Shown: piece by piece, positions 38,469-51,724 of the stretch
Position numbering within the stretch: position 1 is the first letter of the stretch
How the letters are laid out: the number at the start of each line of letters is the position of its first letter
Assembly: GCF_041146345.1 (NCBI RefSeq)
Contig: NW_027191405.1
Coordinates: forward strand, 434,001 to 498,000
Source of the DNA: Neodothiora populina
Taxonomy: Eukaryota
Length of the DNA stretch: 64,000 nt
Reading direction: 5' to 3'
Made by a program: the position numbers and the translations under genes
The notes under the pieces: model-generated
Databases searched by the model: none
Seen by the model: only the letters and a program-made list of their open reading frames with translations
What the model was told of the DNA's origin: nothing

Positions 38469-41400
38469 CTACACATTTTTGTTACCCTCCTTCTCCTTCT
38501 CCTTCTCCTTCTCCAACTTCTCCACCCTTTCTCTCAGCTGCCTGATCTGGCCCAGTCGTGCACGCCAGCTGGATGGGTATTCTCCGCTACCGCGATTGGT
38601 CCAGACACGGCAGAACACCTCCGCGTTGAGCACAAGGTTACGCACGTAGGCGGCGAGAGCCTTGCCAGAGACGACCTTGGTCTCCGCTGCCGAAGAGATA
38701 TCCGGGAAGTCTTCACGGGTCAACACCTGCACTCTGAACCAGCTGTCCTGGAACCAGACGACGTCGTCCTTGCCGCCATCACCGGTGCTGCCGCTGACGG
38801 CGCGGCGTGCTGCCCGGGTACGTGTCTGGATGAATGTCTGACGAGCCTCAGGAGTGACAACAACGTAGACATAGTTGAAGGCGGATGGGAAAGTGTGAAA
38901 GTCAAAGCCCGCAAGCAAACCGGAGTTGTCGAAGACGACGTTGACGTAATCGTTGCCCACGTGAGACTTCTTGCGCGTGCAGAGCGGATCGTGCTCGCGA
39001 TTGGTAGGCATTAGAGTAGTGATGTGATAATTAAGCGTCGTGACTCCCTCCGTATGTTGGTACGTGGTAGGGCCGTCAAAAGCACCCTCAGACGTGTCCA
39101 GACCAGCTACGTTGCCGCGGAACCCAGCGAGCCTGATACGACTTCCCATGCCGTTGATGAAAAGGAGGTAATCAGGGGAACCAGAAACATTGGCGAGAAT
39201 GTCGGCTTCCTTGGTCTGAGACTCTCCGACATAGATGATACCACACTTGAAGTAGTCGATGGGTGAGGTTCGGTCGAAGATGCCAAGTGCTCGCTTTGTC
39301 GCGTCAGTCATAGGCAGAGGTATGGGTGGGGCCGCACTGTTAAACGGCCCATTTATGGCAGTGGCCAAAGAGTGCTGCGTGAAAACATCTTCTGGTGTGG
39401 CTTCGGACCCAGCGGCGACTGGCAGCTGAAGGAAATCTGTTCCAGAGCAACGTCTTTCAACCATCTCTGCCAATGTCGCCTTTGGCTGGATCGAAACCGT
39501 CAACATGCAGTATTCGGAGATCCATGTCTTGGTGGTTGGATCTTCAGTCGAACCTGATGGTGTGACAGCAGATGCACTGTCCTCGTTCCGTCCCTCAGTC
39601 ATACGCCAGAGATGATCAAGCGTCACGATTGCTTCACCTTCGACATTGCCGGCCTGATCGCGGCTGAGAAGCCTTGACTCCATCCATGGCAAGTATTTTC
39701 TTCGATCGTCCCCTTTGAGCGTCAGGAACCAGAAAGTGATGACGTGGTAGCTGATGGCGAAAACGTATTGCGGAATGTCTTCAGTCGAAGGTCGTTGACC
39801 ACTAGCCACCGAACCTTGCCGAGTCGGATTGGCCGATCTATTAGTCCCACGAAGCTGGGACTCGTCATGTCTTTTGCCTCTTGCGTATTCTATATAGCTG
39901 AAGCAGACGCCGAAGACCGTCTTGATCTCGTCTCCATGAAAGCGTGATGCAAGTTCGAGGCGAGACATTCCCGCAAGAAATTCAAGCACATGGATGGCCG
40001 CATCTGACTTGGTGACGATGGTGGACATCTTCTCCACAATGCGAACAAGATCTCTGCTTAGAGATAGAGGAAGTTCATAGCAACAGAGTGTCAACGCATG
40101 GATGCATGGCACGGTTGTGATGTCCCATGCCGTCAAGCCCATGATGAAAGTGGACACCATGCGCTCCGTTTCGCTTCGCGGAAAGTGCCAATGGTATCCT
40201 ATGATAGTGGTCAAGATCTCGATGAGGCAAAATGCAACATCACCTTGTCTGAGACCTGACTCTTCTGGTGGCTTGAGGACCGTCTGCATCTGGACCTTCT
40301 GACAGATGGTGCTGGCTAATACTCTTACATCTCCTATCACTTCGGTGAAGAGAGACTGGTTGGAGAGCTGAGCAGCGAGGTGGACAATAACATAGCTGTA
40401 GGTCTCCCAATCGGCGCCTTCACTGATAATAGTCGTGATCGTGCGGAGCCAAAGTCCCATATCGAGGTTGCAGTCCTTCTCGGCCTCTTCCTCTGCGGCG
40501 CTGGGGTTGTCGGAGCGAAGCAGAGGGCTGATTGTGGTTGGTGGTTGATCTGGCAAGCCTGAGATCTCTCCATACTTCCATGTAATTTCAGAAGGCTCAC
40601 GCTCGAACGGAAGCGATGCGCGACGCATCGACAACTTTGGACGCTCCGAATTTCTGTCCAAGGCGACCGCGAGACGTTCACCTGCTGGGGAAGCGACGTA
40701 AAAGATGTGATGTTCAATATCACTACGGATGCGAAAAAGGCCCCTCATCAACATTACTGTTGCTTCAGGAGGTCGATTGGAATCCCGGCTATTGATCAGC
40801 CCTATGATCTCGCGGTAGATCATCTGCGCACGCAAGGGGTGGCTCATACTACTTTTCATAAGCAGCATAACTAGACCGGCCTCGGGCAGCATGGTCGGGA
40901 ATGTATCGTCGCCAGTGAAGGATGCGCCGGCGTATTGTTGTTGTGGAGGGTCATTGTGTTCGAGAAGATCGTTTGCATAGATTGCAAAATCCGTGTGACC
41001 GGCATTCGTCTCGATGCGCGCAGATTGCAGAAGAACATCGACAACCCTCTTGAACCCTTCCTCTCTGCTTATCAGGTGCTCTGAAACGAACGAGATCAGA
41101 CAGTGGACCAGATTACCACGGAAAGTATAGTTCTTCTCACTTTCCAGAGCTTCGACGATGATGGTGCCGCAGATTCGGACAGCATCTGGCTCACCCAGCT
41201 CCTGGGCTTTACGGAGCGCTCCATTGACAACGGTCAACGCACGTTGGCGCCACCTGAGAACCATCTGCTCATCCCGAATATATGTCTTGGCAATTTCGTT
41301 GATCTCTGGTAGCCAATTTCCCACCGAGATACGGAACGCCGACGGATGGTAAGCTTCGATAAGTCGGTTGGTTTGCCTTTCGTTGAGCAGCTGTGCGGCA

Positions 41401-42824
41401 GAGAGCGCGATTTTTCTAAGTGCTCTGGACTGCGTGAGACTTATTGACTGAAGATTTTCAAGTTGCTCAATGATTGCGGACGTCAGAGCCTGTCGCTGTT
41501 GTACTCTATCCCCATCTGGACATGCTAAACCCGGTGATGGATGATCGTCGCGGTCGAAGCGGGAGAGTCTAGGCGTTGTGGCACAGACTGCGATTGCCAT
41601 GTGTAATTGCGTCCAGTCTAGCTCGGCGACGAACTCTGCTTGCATTTCTTGATCTTGCAACAGATCACGGATGAGTTTGAGTCGGACACATGAATTGGCT
41701 ATGGGATCAGGACCGGGTATGTCAGTAGAAAGCGTCTCGAGGAGCTTGTCAAGATCAAAGTTGACATTCCTGCGGGTTTGCATGTCGGTCAGTGATCTGT
41801 GGATCAACATAGCAGCTCCACGTGCTTGTTCGTTGTACTCGTTATCGTCATGCAAGCTCTCCAAAAGGCCGTCCATGGCTAGGTCCTTGAGATGTGTGCT
41901 GAGGAGCCTGGTGAATGTCATCCAGACATGTTCAAGCATCATCTCGTGTCTTTTCTTGTACTCTGCACCGCGATCATGTTGCATACAACTAACATATGCT
42001 GCGCCGATCCAAGAACTGAGAAGCTTGCTGATGATGGAGACGACATCTCGGGGTATACAGGTGTAGGCGATGAGGTTGTCTAGGATTGAAACCACTTTCA
42101 GATGCTTGCTCGCTGCGGTATCTTTGCCCTGTCTGAGCATTTGTGTGATAAGATTGCCAACATCGTCGTCAGAGACGAAGCGTGCGTTGAACTTGATGAT
42201 GTTTGAAAGAACGTCAAGCGAGTCATATAGTTCGATACCCAAGTCCTGGGTGGTGATACGATAGAAGTCACCCTTTGAGGTAGTATCCCTGGATTCACCA
42301 TAGAGCTTAGAAATGAGTTCCGGAAGATGGACTTCGAAGCCTTCTATGTCGCGGCCCTGATCTGTCAAGAAGGACAGCAAGCACGATTGGTGGCGATTGT
42401 AATGGTCGGCGGAATTATTTCTCACGAAATTAGTAAAGAAGGTGACACGATGCAGAGGGATGCACTCTTCATGTTTTGCAATTTTCGCGATGACCGTGTA
42501 ACCAAGGTTGGAAACATCGAGGTCTTCGTCCGAGATGAGTTTTTCACAGAAGTCAAGGACAGCTTGAACGTCTTCTACTGGAATGATGTCAATGGTATCG
42601 CGGATCTTCGCCACGCGAGCAGCTAATTCAAGATCGGTGTCACCCGAGAGGAGGCGGCTCAGGAGTTCTGGGCTGGCGTCAAAAGGCACACGAGGTCTTG
42701 ATTGACTTGCCGTGCGTACAGACGGGTTACTACAAACAACAAGTTAGCCATTCAATCCATGGGTGAGGAGAATATTGCTGAAATACAAGCAATGCGCAAA
42801 AAGCCATCTCCAGAAGCCTGCCAT
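38469..42824 (-). CDS. TSC2: Tuberin (Tsc2), Rheb GTPase-activating protein
   Basis: Tuberin-domain motifs (DWETYSYVIVHL, CIHALTLCCYELP, HVLEFLAGMSRL) and C-terminal Rap-GAP domain (KCGIIYVGESQ, YHITTLMP, KKSHVGNDYVNVVF). Inferred short exon 1 MAGFWRWLFAHC splices in frame (phase 2) to the 1406-aa ORF. Confidence 0.93.
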
Positions 42825-44967
42825 GGCGATCTGACCGGGTTGGATTGAAGAAGTTATGGCAGGAAGAAAGTTTTGACGAAAACGAGCAGGGTAGGAAGAA
42901 GCAGAGGAAGTGCAGGTGATCATAATAAACAGACAGAAAGGCGAGCAAACATGAGGGCCTGGTATGCGGGTGGAATGATATGAAACATCTCGGCAACTCG
43001 GCGCCGGGGTAAAACTTGGGAAAGGCGGATGTCAAAGACAAACAGGAGGACATATGTATCAATTGCTTTTGCATCCCATGCCATGGCTGGTGAAGGACCT
43101 AGCTTCTGGAGATACAGATGTAGACGGGATGAGCAGAGACTCGGCTCTCGGCGTATACCTTTGTCCGGGGTCCTGGTCGTCTTGAACAAGGCCATCATCT
43201 AGATCTGGTTCTTTCTGATGCAGAGCAACATCTGCGTACGATACGGTAGACGAAATCACCGGAGACGACCAGATGGTCTATCCATAGCTCAACGCAACAT
43301 CCAACATCTGCCTCCTAAGATCCTCTGTCTGCGAGTGCTTGTTCCATGTTGAAAGGTCTGAGATTCTCAAACACAGATTACACGCCGACATCCGACAGGG
43401 CGTTTTCAGCCCCTCAAGGTGATTGTCTCGCGCGGGCTCAAGTACTGCGACCCCAGCAAGGACGACTACAACAGGCCAGGCGAATGATAGAGAAGAGAGC
43501 CATGCCACAAGCAAGAGATACATGCAAAGAAGCGAACGTGACAGAAAAGAAAAAGAGATTGTACCGTACCTAGCAGCAGATTTAGGCTTCGGCGAGCCAA
43601 AGAAAGAAGAGTTCCTCCGCTCCAACTGGACTCCGCGAATCATTATTGAGTAAGTTGTCAGGTGGTGGCCTCAACATGAGACAATTTGGCATCGATGAAT
43701 TTGGCCTGTTCGCTCGATGACGAAACAAGTAGAGATGAGCAGACTTGATTGTCAGTGGAAGATGGTCTCCAGAAGAAGCAACGAGTAAAGCGAAGGCGAG
43801 GCCTAGAAGCTTGCATGCTTGCGCTGATGAATGGAGCGAGTGGACGACATCAAGCACAGAGTGAGCAAGTGAAGGTGGAGTCCAGTGGTACGGAAGGTGA
43901 GTCAGCTGCCGAGAGCAATCAGGAAGGGAAAAGTGAAGTCGGCGGCGAGAATGGTCGACCTGGTCGGAAGAGAATGATGAAGTTTATCGCATCAAGAATG
44001 GCTCGCAGATAAGTAGACGATGCGATGACCAACACTAAAGATATGGACGGGGGCGTCTGTGGTTCGAGATCTAGAGCCAGCAGTGTTACAGTATCTCCGT
44101 CTCAAAGGCCGTTCCCGCACTGCCCAACTAGAATGGACGGATGGCTCCAATCTCCAGTAGACCACAGGATGAATCGAATGCTTCTGGCTGGACTCGGGTG
44201 GGTCCGATGGCAGTAGGGCACGACGGCATGTGGAGAAGGACGGGAGATATGCCAAGAAATCACTCGCATCAGTGTCTTGGGAAGTAGCGATCACAGATGC
44301 AAGCCGAGCGAGGGAGGTTTAATTACTGTAAAAGTGTAAGTAAAGGTACCTGACTTTTGTTTGTTGCGATGTGGAGAACGAGGTGGCTTTTTGTTAATGG
44401 GAGGAGTTAATCAATGCGATATTCGATTGATTATTTCTGTGCTGTACTTGGCGCGAGCATATACCTTATCCTCATCGTGCAGTGAGATCCCCTGGTTCCA
44501 CTGTGTTTGCTGTACTTGTCGCTACAGCTTCTCCCACTGCTGCTTCTACTGTAGATAATTACGTGGTTCCCGATCCTTCTGGCCACCTCAGGCATTATTA
44601 TTCATAGATGCGCTCCACATTCGCCAACCGCATACTGCATACACCAGGATATATACTGCACATTGCACATACATACGGTATCTACACACACACTCTGCAT
44701 GACATGCCGTCATTGGAGAATTCGTTCAATTGACAGCTCCCCAATCTCCCCGGCTGAGACTGCTCTCTGTCATCTATTGGCGATAATTGCCCGAGGGTGA
44801 CACAGTACACAACTTCCTCGTCATCATCATCGTCGACAACAACCCAAAAACCAACAACATCCACCAGGCCATGCTGTCAGCTGCCTCTGTCTGGATCAGC
44901 ACCACGGACGACCTGACTAATTTCAAAGCTGGCCAAACAACTTACTCTTCCTCGACCAAATGCTTCC

Positions 44968-47900
44968 ATGGCAGCTGACCCTATATCACCCATCGCGTCG
45001 GCGCGCGTGCGGGTCCTCGTCCTGCCCGCCGGTAGAATTAAGAGAACTCGTTTCATGACATTTGTAGCAAGACTACAGCATGAACCTTCTGTACGCTTGG
45101 GGGACATCAGTCCCGATGCGAGCGCAGGCGCGGACTCCAGTAGGTTGTTCTCTTGCTCGCTGAATGCCAATGGCTGATCGGATCTTCCCAAAGCTATGTT
45201 CTCGCCCATGGCCTTTCCCAATGGAGCCCTGCTATACCACTATTCGACTGCCATGCCTCCGCCTTCGAATCTGGCTCTGGCACCTTACGAGCTCTTTCGC
45301 GAACCAATGATGCTGATTGGCATTGCGGATGCCGAGGAGTATCATGGCGAAAATCACCGAGGGAGCGATGCAGCAATAAAGGCTGAACTAGAAAAGGTGG
45401 CAGATCATCTGAAAGAGCAATTCCCCAAGATACTGGTCCGCCAGCTCCTCATCATTGACGGCCCCCCGGATCACTCGTCAGATTGGGTGCCAGAAGGTGC
45501 CATGTGTGTGCCGGCGCAGAAGGACTCGAGATCCACCACGATGAAGACTGTCATGTGTGACATTTCGGCCAAGTTCCTGGCTGAGCTGTCTACCTATGCA
45601 AAGGCGGTACAGGCATTGCCCAGCGTTCAATCTCCTGGTCTATCCTCGCATACGTCTCAAATCCCCCACAGGCCTTTTCCAGACCGCTCGGGCAGCACAG
45701 CCTCTGCGCCGGACACGCAATCGCGGAACAGATCTCCTTCCACCGTCGATCATCGCTCCTCTTCGCCGTCTGTGAATCCGCCCACCTCGTTCGATGACAT
45801 GGTCAGCGCTTCCATCCCGGGCAACGCCTTGACAAGAACTGCAAGCCGCACGGAAAAGGACGGCCTTAGGACGGCAAGCCGAGACCGCATGTCCATGCAG
45901 GCCTTCGGCTCGTCAAACGCCGCGGAAAAGGCTCGAAACAAGGGCAAAGCTCGAGTCGGAATCGTCATTGGCAACCTGTATATGCTGGCAGGCCGCTGGT
46001 CTGACGCTTGGCGAGAACTCGTCGAAAACACCAACAAAGCTCGGGTAGCAAGCGATTATATATGGTATGCCAAGGGTCTTGAGAGCATCCTCGTCTGCAT
46101 GCTGTTGTTCGTGTGGGCTGGCTTTGATTTTCACATTCCCGCCATCTGCTATACTGGACTGGACAGGCTCTCGTCGTTGAGCATTCCCAACGGAGTCAAG
46201 GACGGCTTACCTTCCTTGGGCTCGCAAGATCCTGTGGCGGCAAAAGATGCCGCGCATCGCTGCGCGCAACTTCTACCAGATCTTGTCAATCTGATAGTGA
46301 CCATCCATGATCGTACGAGTGCGCCAGGCGCAGAGACAGTACCCCCAGTCGCGTATTCCGAGAGCATTATTCGCATGTCCAAATTGCTTGCCGTCTTACA
46401 TACCGCCGACGGGCAGCTTGAGCCCAAAACAATTGGCAGGATGGTGAGCGGGAAATCGCTGAGTCGAGCACACCTCAAGGCCGGCTTTGCTAAAAGCATA
46501 TCAAAACACTCCATCACAGATTTACTCTTCCGCGCGTATCCCTCATCTAGTGCAGTACTGCCCCTGACAGATGCCACCAAAGTGCTTGCTGGCATAGCAT
46601 CCGTACTCTCGTTACTCGCACTCGAGCGCAAGAAGGCCATGGTCATCAAGGAGCTTACCGCCTCGTTGGTCCCAGCACTTGTACAAGCCAGGAAGGTGGG
46701 CGCCGCGGAGATGGGTATACATCCAGCGGCTAGTCTCTCTTCTGCATTTGATATTCCTACAGGCAAGCATGCGGGCATCAATGGTCTGTTGGAAGAGGTG
46801 CACTCCATTTACGGCGCCCGTGACCCTGACCACCCCACGACGGCAGAAGAGCTGCACGGCGAGGGAGAGGCAAGCATAGAAGGTCTGGTAGACGCAATCG
46901 TCCGCTCTGCTACCGATGCCGCGGATGCTCAGGCTTCCGGTAGTCTGAGCCTGAAGATTGGCATCTTACGTGCTTGCGTCGACTTTTGCGAAGCTTTGCC
47001 AGATCTCGCAGGAATCGTATACTTCGCGGCTCTCCTGTTACGTATAGCTGGCCCTCACAGTGCCGTTGCGCCTGGCACACTAAATGCTCGCGTTAAGCTA
47101 GCGACCGAGGAGCAAATACGTCTCATTTCTATCATGTCGCGGACCAGTAATGCCGCAAGCAAGATAGGCCTGCGCGAAACACTGGTTCCATATTGGGATG
47201 ATTTCCTCGTTAGAAATGTCCAATGGATAGAGGAACCAAGCCTGGACAAGTTGCGCGAGCTTCGTCAGCCTGATTCGACTGCCAAAGTAAAAGCAAAGAG
47301 GCGGACACCCTTCCTCTATGATCCATCCGAGAAGAATGAGATGAAAGAGCCTGAAAAGATTATTGTTGCGGAAGAGCCTGCAAAGGTACTGTTGACCTTG
47401 CAAAACCCATACGACTTCGAGGTAAGGGTCGAAAAGCTTCAGCTTACAACGGATGGTCCGGTCATCAAAGTACACCACATTCCCTTCATTCTGGGACCGA
47501 ACCGCTTGCAAAGTGTTCCGATCTCAGTAGAGGCCAAGGAAGTTGGTAAGGCCATCATTTTGGGATGCTCAATCCAGATCGCGGGCTGTCGCGAGCAGAT
47601 GTTTCCGATCTATCGGGATGCTTGGTCGGCCGAAGTACCTATAAAGATCAAGGAACTGGGCCTATTTGGACCTCCGGAAGCGATCACCGCTGCACACCCG
47701 GCATCCACGGATGGCGTGCGATCTGCGACCCCGCCTGCTCGGACTACGTTGTCATGTACAGTAATCCAGCCACAGCCACATGTTCTGGTCGATAGTACAA
47801 GTCTGTCCGAGTCCGCTCTGATGGTCCTGGAAGGCCAGAAGCGTGTCTTCCAGGTGACGCTCAACAACCCTTCTCCCACCAGAAGTGTAGACTTTTTGCA

Positions 47901-49476
47901 CTTCTCGTTTGAGGATTCACTTACCACATCCATGAAGGCAGCACTCTTGGACAAGGATCTTTCGAGAGCCGACATGTACGAGCTCGAACTAGAGCTTGCT
48001 GAGGACCCCATCTTCATTTGGGCAAGGGCTGACTCCAAACCGGTGGGATCCATCGAGCCTGGCGAGAAAGTGACCTATGACATAACAGTTGTAGGCAGAC
48101 CTGGTCTCGGCGCAGCGAGGATCATGTTCGATTACGCTTATTTGGGACAGCCTGTCTCTGAAGTCAAAGGTTCGATATACACCAGGCAAGTCGTTGTGCC
48201 GGTAGACATCACGGTCAACGCCAGCGTCCAGCTTCATCGAATCGATTTCACAGAGTTCCCCTCGGAATTCGCCTGGTCCAATCAGCATCGTCTCCGACTG
48301 GAAGGAAAGAACGAGAAACGCTTCTCGCGCCTGCTACCCACCAAGCCTGTAGAAAAGAGTAACGACAGATTTAGGTCTCTGCTTGAAAGGGTGGGGCTAA
48401 GCTCTGCCTCTGACAGTGAAGAGCATTGCCTAGTTCTGCTTGACCTGCGCAACGCATGGCCTAATCCCTTGACCGTGTCAGTCGAGGTACGAGAAAGTCT
48501 AGGCAGCGCAACTTCGTCTCCTTCACGTGAGACCGATGGTAGGTCTGACATCGCGGACGGCTGGAAGCGTGCTTATACTGTTCACGAAGTTGTCCATCCA
48601 GGCCACATTGCACGCTTGGTGTTGCTACTCCCAAAACTTCAAGTGCTTGATCCACACGCGCCAATTCCGCTGTTGTCGCCTAATCAACGGCAGTACGTTG
48701 TTAATGCAGACAAAGTCTTCTCTCAGAATGCAGAAATGACGCATAGAGAGCAGTTCTGGTTCAGAGAGGAGGTGCTCAAATACATACGCGGTTCTTGGAA
48801 GGAAGACGGCACAGCGCGACAAGGCACCGTCGATCTGAGGGGGATCCGGCTCAGTCCTCGGATGATTGACATGCTTAGACTCCAGGATGTTGACGTGACA
48901 ATGACTGTGGTTGCTGCTACCTCTCAGAATTCATCGTCGTCCGAAGGTATTGACTCTGCCGACAATGACGACCCTGTTGCGGCGGAGACACCCATAACGC
49001 GCCTGGGACAGTCAGAGTTCCAAGTCTTGACTGAGTCGTTCCTCACATTACGTGCAGAAATCACCAATCGCTCTCCCATCCCGGTCCGCGGTATTCTGCG
49101 CCTCCAACCATCATGGGCTCATCAGGCATCCACCGAACACATCCCAGATATTGGTCGCAAACTCATCATCAGCGGGCTTCTACAGCAGGTTCTACCTACG
49201 ATATCTCCTCGGGAGACTGTCACGGTAGAAGTCGGATTATGTCCTGTAGTCGGTGGAGAATTCGACATACACGCTTTGGTAGAGGAATTGGTGATTCCTC
49301 CCCACTACGAACATGTAGCAGCGGCTATTAATGCAGAAGAAAGGGCAATCACGAGTCAAAGCAACGATACACATGAGGATTTCTCAGTCAGCGGGCAAGG
49401 ATTGAGACCTAGGGACCGACGCATCTGGCGTGCTGGAGAGGCGTGTAAGTTATTTGCTGTTGATGCCGAAGGCTGA
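44968..49476 (+). CDS. TRS120: TRAPP II complex subunit Trs120 (TRAPPC9)
   Basis: N-terminus DPISPIASARVRVLVLPAG; intron 45140-45193; MFSPMAFPNG; GNLYMLAGRWSDAW; LQNPYDFEV; LDLRNAWP; about 1480 aa. Confidence 0.93.
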
Positions 49477-49771
49477 CGTGGAGGTTTCCCTATCATGTTG
49501 TAGATATCCATACCAATTTCATTCACGTACCTTTTTAATCGTTTTGCATGCCACTTATTTCCTGTCTGCTAGCCTCGGGTGACATTGAATGAAGGAAATG
49601 GTCACCAATCATAAAAGATGGCGTAAGCGTTAAGCAGTGTTTCATTCTACTGTATTGTCAAAAAGAGAACATGAACCAAAACGCGCGGCACCAGAAGCAC
49701 TGATCGGTATTAGCCCAACTCTTCTATGCAAATCACTATACTACCTTAAAGACACAGGTCAACGACAGTGA

Positions 49772-50899
49772 CTAACCCGCCCGCAACAACGCAGCAACTG
49801 AGAACGAAGTAGCCATAGGCATGTCATAGACCTTGCCCTGCTTCTCCGCCTCAATAACAATATCCCCAACCTCCTTGATGGACTCGGTCAGGCTCTTCCA
49901 CCCCTGACCCTGATTGATCCACTTCAACAACTCCTCGGCTCTATCCCTCGGCTCAATAACCATGAGCGCATCGCCTTCGTCCTCATCATGCCCCAGACCC
50001 GTGTTCCGATCAGGATAAAGCTCCTTGATAGCATCAGTGATCCTATTCCAAGTCCTAGGGCCCGCGAATCCAAAGACGCGCTCGCCCTTGGCAGCAGGCG
50101 ACAACAGCGCCGCGACATGCAGCAGCGAGACATCGACGACATTGACATAATTCTGCGGCTGCATGAAAGTACGCGGGACCTTTTCGTTGCCGAGGAAATA
50201 GAACGCCGCAAATCCGACCGTGCTAGGGAAGTTCTGGTTCTCGACAGACAGTGGCGCCCCGACGGTATAATCTGGCAAAACGGAATTGAAGACGACGTCC
50301 GTGTGCGTCTTGGAAAAGTCCCACATGCTCTTCTCCGCCAGCGCCTTGGAGGCAGAGTAGACGTAGAGGCCACGCTCGGGCTCGTAGGGCGGAGCCCGCT
50401 GGGCGAGCTCGATGGCCACGTCGTTGAACATCCACTCGGTTAGCGTGCGCGTGTCGTTCTTGGTCGGCAGCACGACTGCGGCCGACGACGAGGTGACGAC
50501 GAACCGCTTGACCGTCGGAGTGGCTGCGGCCGCGCGCAAAGCGACGTTGATCAGCTCGACGGCGGTGGGGATGACGACGTTGGGATCGGGAGAAAAGGAC
50601 ACGTCCGAGGCGACGTGCACGATGCCCGCGACGCCTTTCATGATCTCGGGCGTCAGCGCGCCTTCTTTCATCTCTGGGATCTCCACGGATGTGTATTTGC
50701 CTGCGCCGTAGCGCTCGTCGAAGAACGGGTGCAGCCAGGCGGCTCGGCTGCTCGAGCGGACTACGCCTCGTACATGGTAGCCGCGCTTCAGCAGCTCGTT
50801 GGTCGTGTGGCTGCCTATGTAGCTTGTCACGCCGGTGACGAGGATTAGGGATCCTGGGGCCAGGACTGCATCTTTGGGGGCTGGGATGGTAGAAGACAT
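49772..50899 (-). CDS. Extended SDR / NAD(P)-dependent aldehyde reductase II-like oxidoreductase
   Basis: ILVTGVTSYIG Rossmann motif, HVAS, VKRFVVTSS, YSASK catalytic motif, VVDVSLLHV; intronless 375 aa. Confidence 0.9.
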   Translation of the reverse strand: MSSTIPAPKDAVLAPGSLILVTGVTSYIGSHTTNELLKRGYHVRGVVRSSSRAAWLHPFFDERYGAGKYTSVEIPEMKEGALTPEIMKGVAGIVHVASDVSFSPDPNVVIPTAVELINVALRAAAATPTVKRFVVTSSSAAVVLPTKNDTRTLTEWMFNDVAIELAQRAPPYEPERGLYVYSASKALAEKSMWDFSKTHTDVVFNSVLPDYTVGAPLSVENQNFPSTVGFAAFYFLGNEKVPRTFMQPQNYVNVVDVSLLHVAALLSPAAKGERVFGFAGPRTWNRITDAIKELYPDRNTGLGHDEDEGDALMVIEPRDRAEELLKWINQGQGWKSLTESIKEVGDIVIEAEKQGKVYDMPMATSFSVAALLRAG

Positions 50900-51724
50900 G
50901 GTCTTGATCTTTACTGTGGGGTTGGAGATGATGTGAGATGAGTTTGTTTATTCACTTGTCTTGAAGATGTATGAGGTCAGTTGAATTGATGATGGGTTTA
51001 GAAGTGTGGTTGTGTGTGAAAGACTGCTTTCTTGATTTCGGTTCTGAAGTTTCTGATGCTGAGAGATTGAAAGATACTGATAGTTGCTCGAAATGAGCAC
51101 CCTATTTATGCCTTTCCACTCCTTAAGCATTGAGACATACATGCGTCGAGCATGTGTTGATCAGTAATAAAGTCGTATCGAGAACCCCGCCTGCCATATA
51201 GCAACCACACTCTGCCTTCGCCATCTTACCTTACACATCCCATTCCCCCCTCCATGAGCAAAGAAACCATGCATTTGTCAGCTGAGAAGGGCTACAAGAA
51301 CGAGCCCACGAGCTTATGCTCGTGTCAGCTATGGCTTTGAAATCAAGACGTTACAAAGCTGTAATGCAATCACGACGAATGACGGACAAGAAAGATAGCG
51401 ACTGAAGGAGGGATGCAGTATCACGCGGGTGATTGAGCGAGGGAGTATACGACATAGTATGGGACCTAGTCACTTCGATCAGTCAACATTGATCTTAACG
51501 AGTCAGAGAACAACGGAAGATCGTCGGTCACAGTATCGGGCAGGCAGCATGTATTCAGCCTGTACGACGACGCACTTTGTGATGTCTTCGAACATCAACG
51601 TGCTACAGCTAGTGCGGGGCTTTGTAAGCGCTGATGCTGGTGCTGGTGCTGGTGCTTACGAACGCTGCTCGCTCTTCGGCATTGAAATCGTTGCATCATT
51701 GCAGGATTGACATGCAGGATCCTC

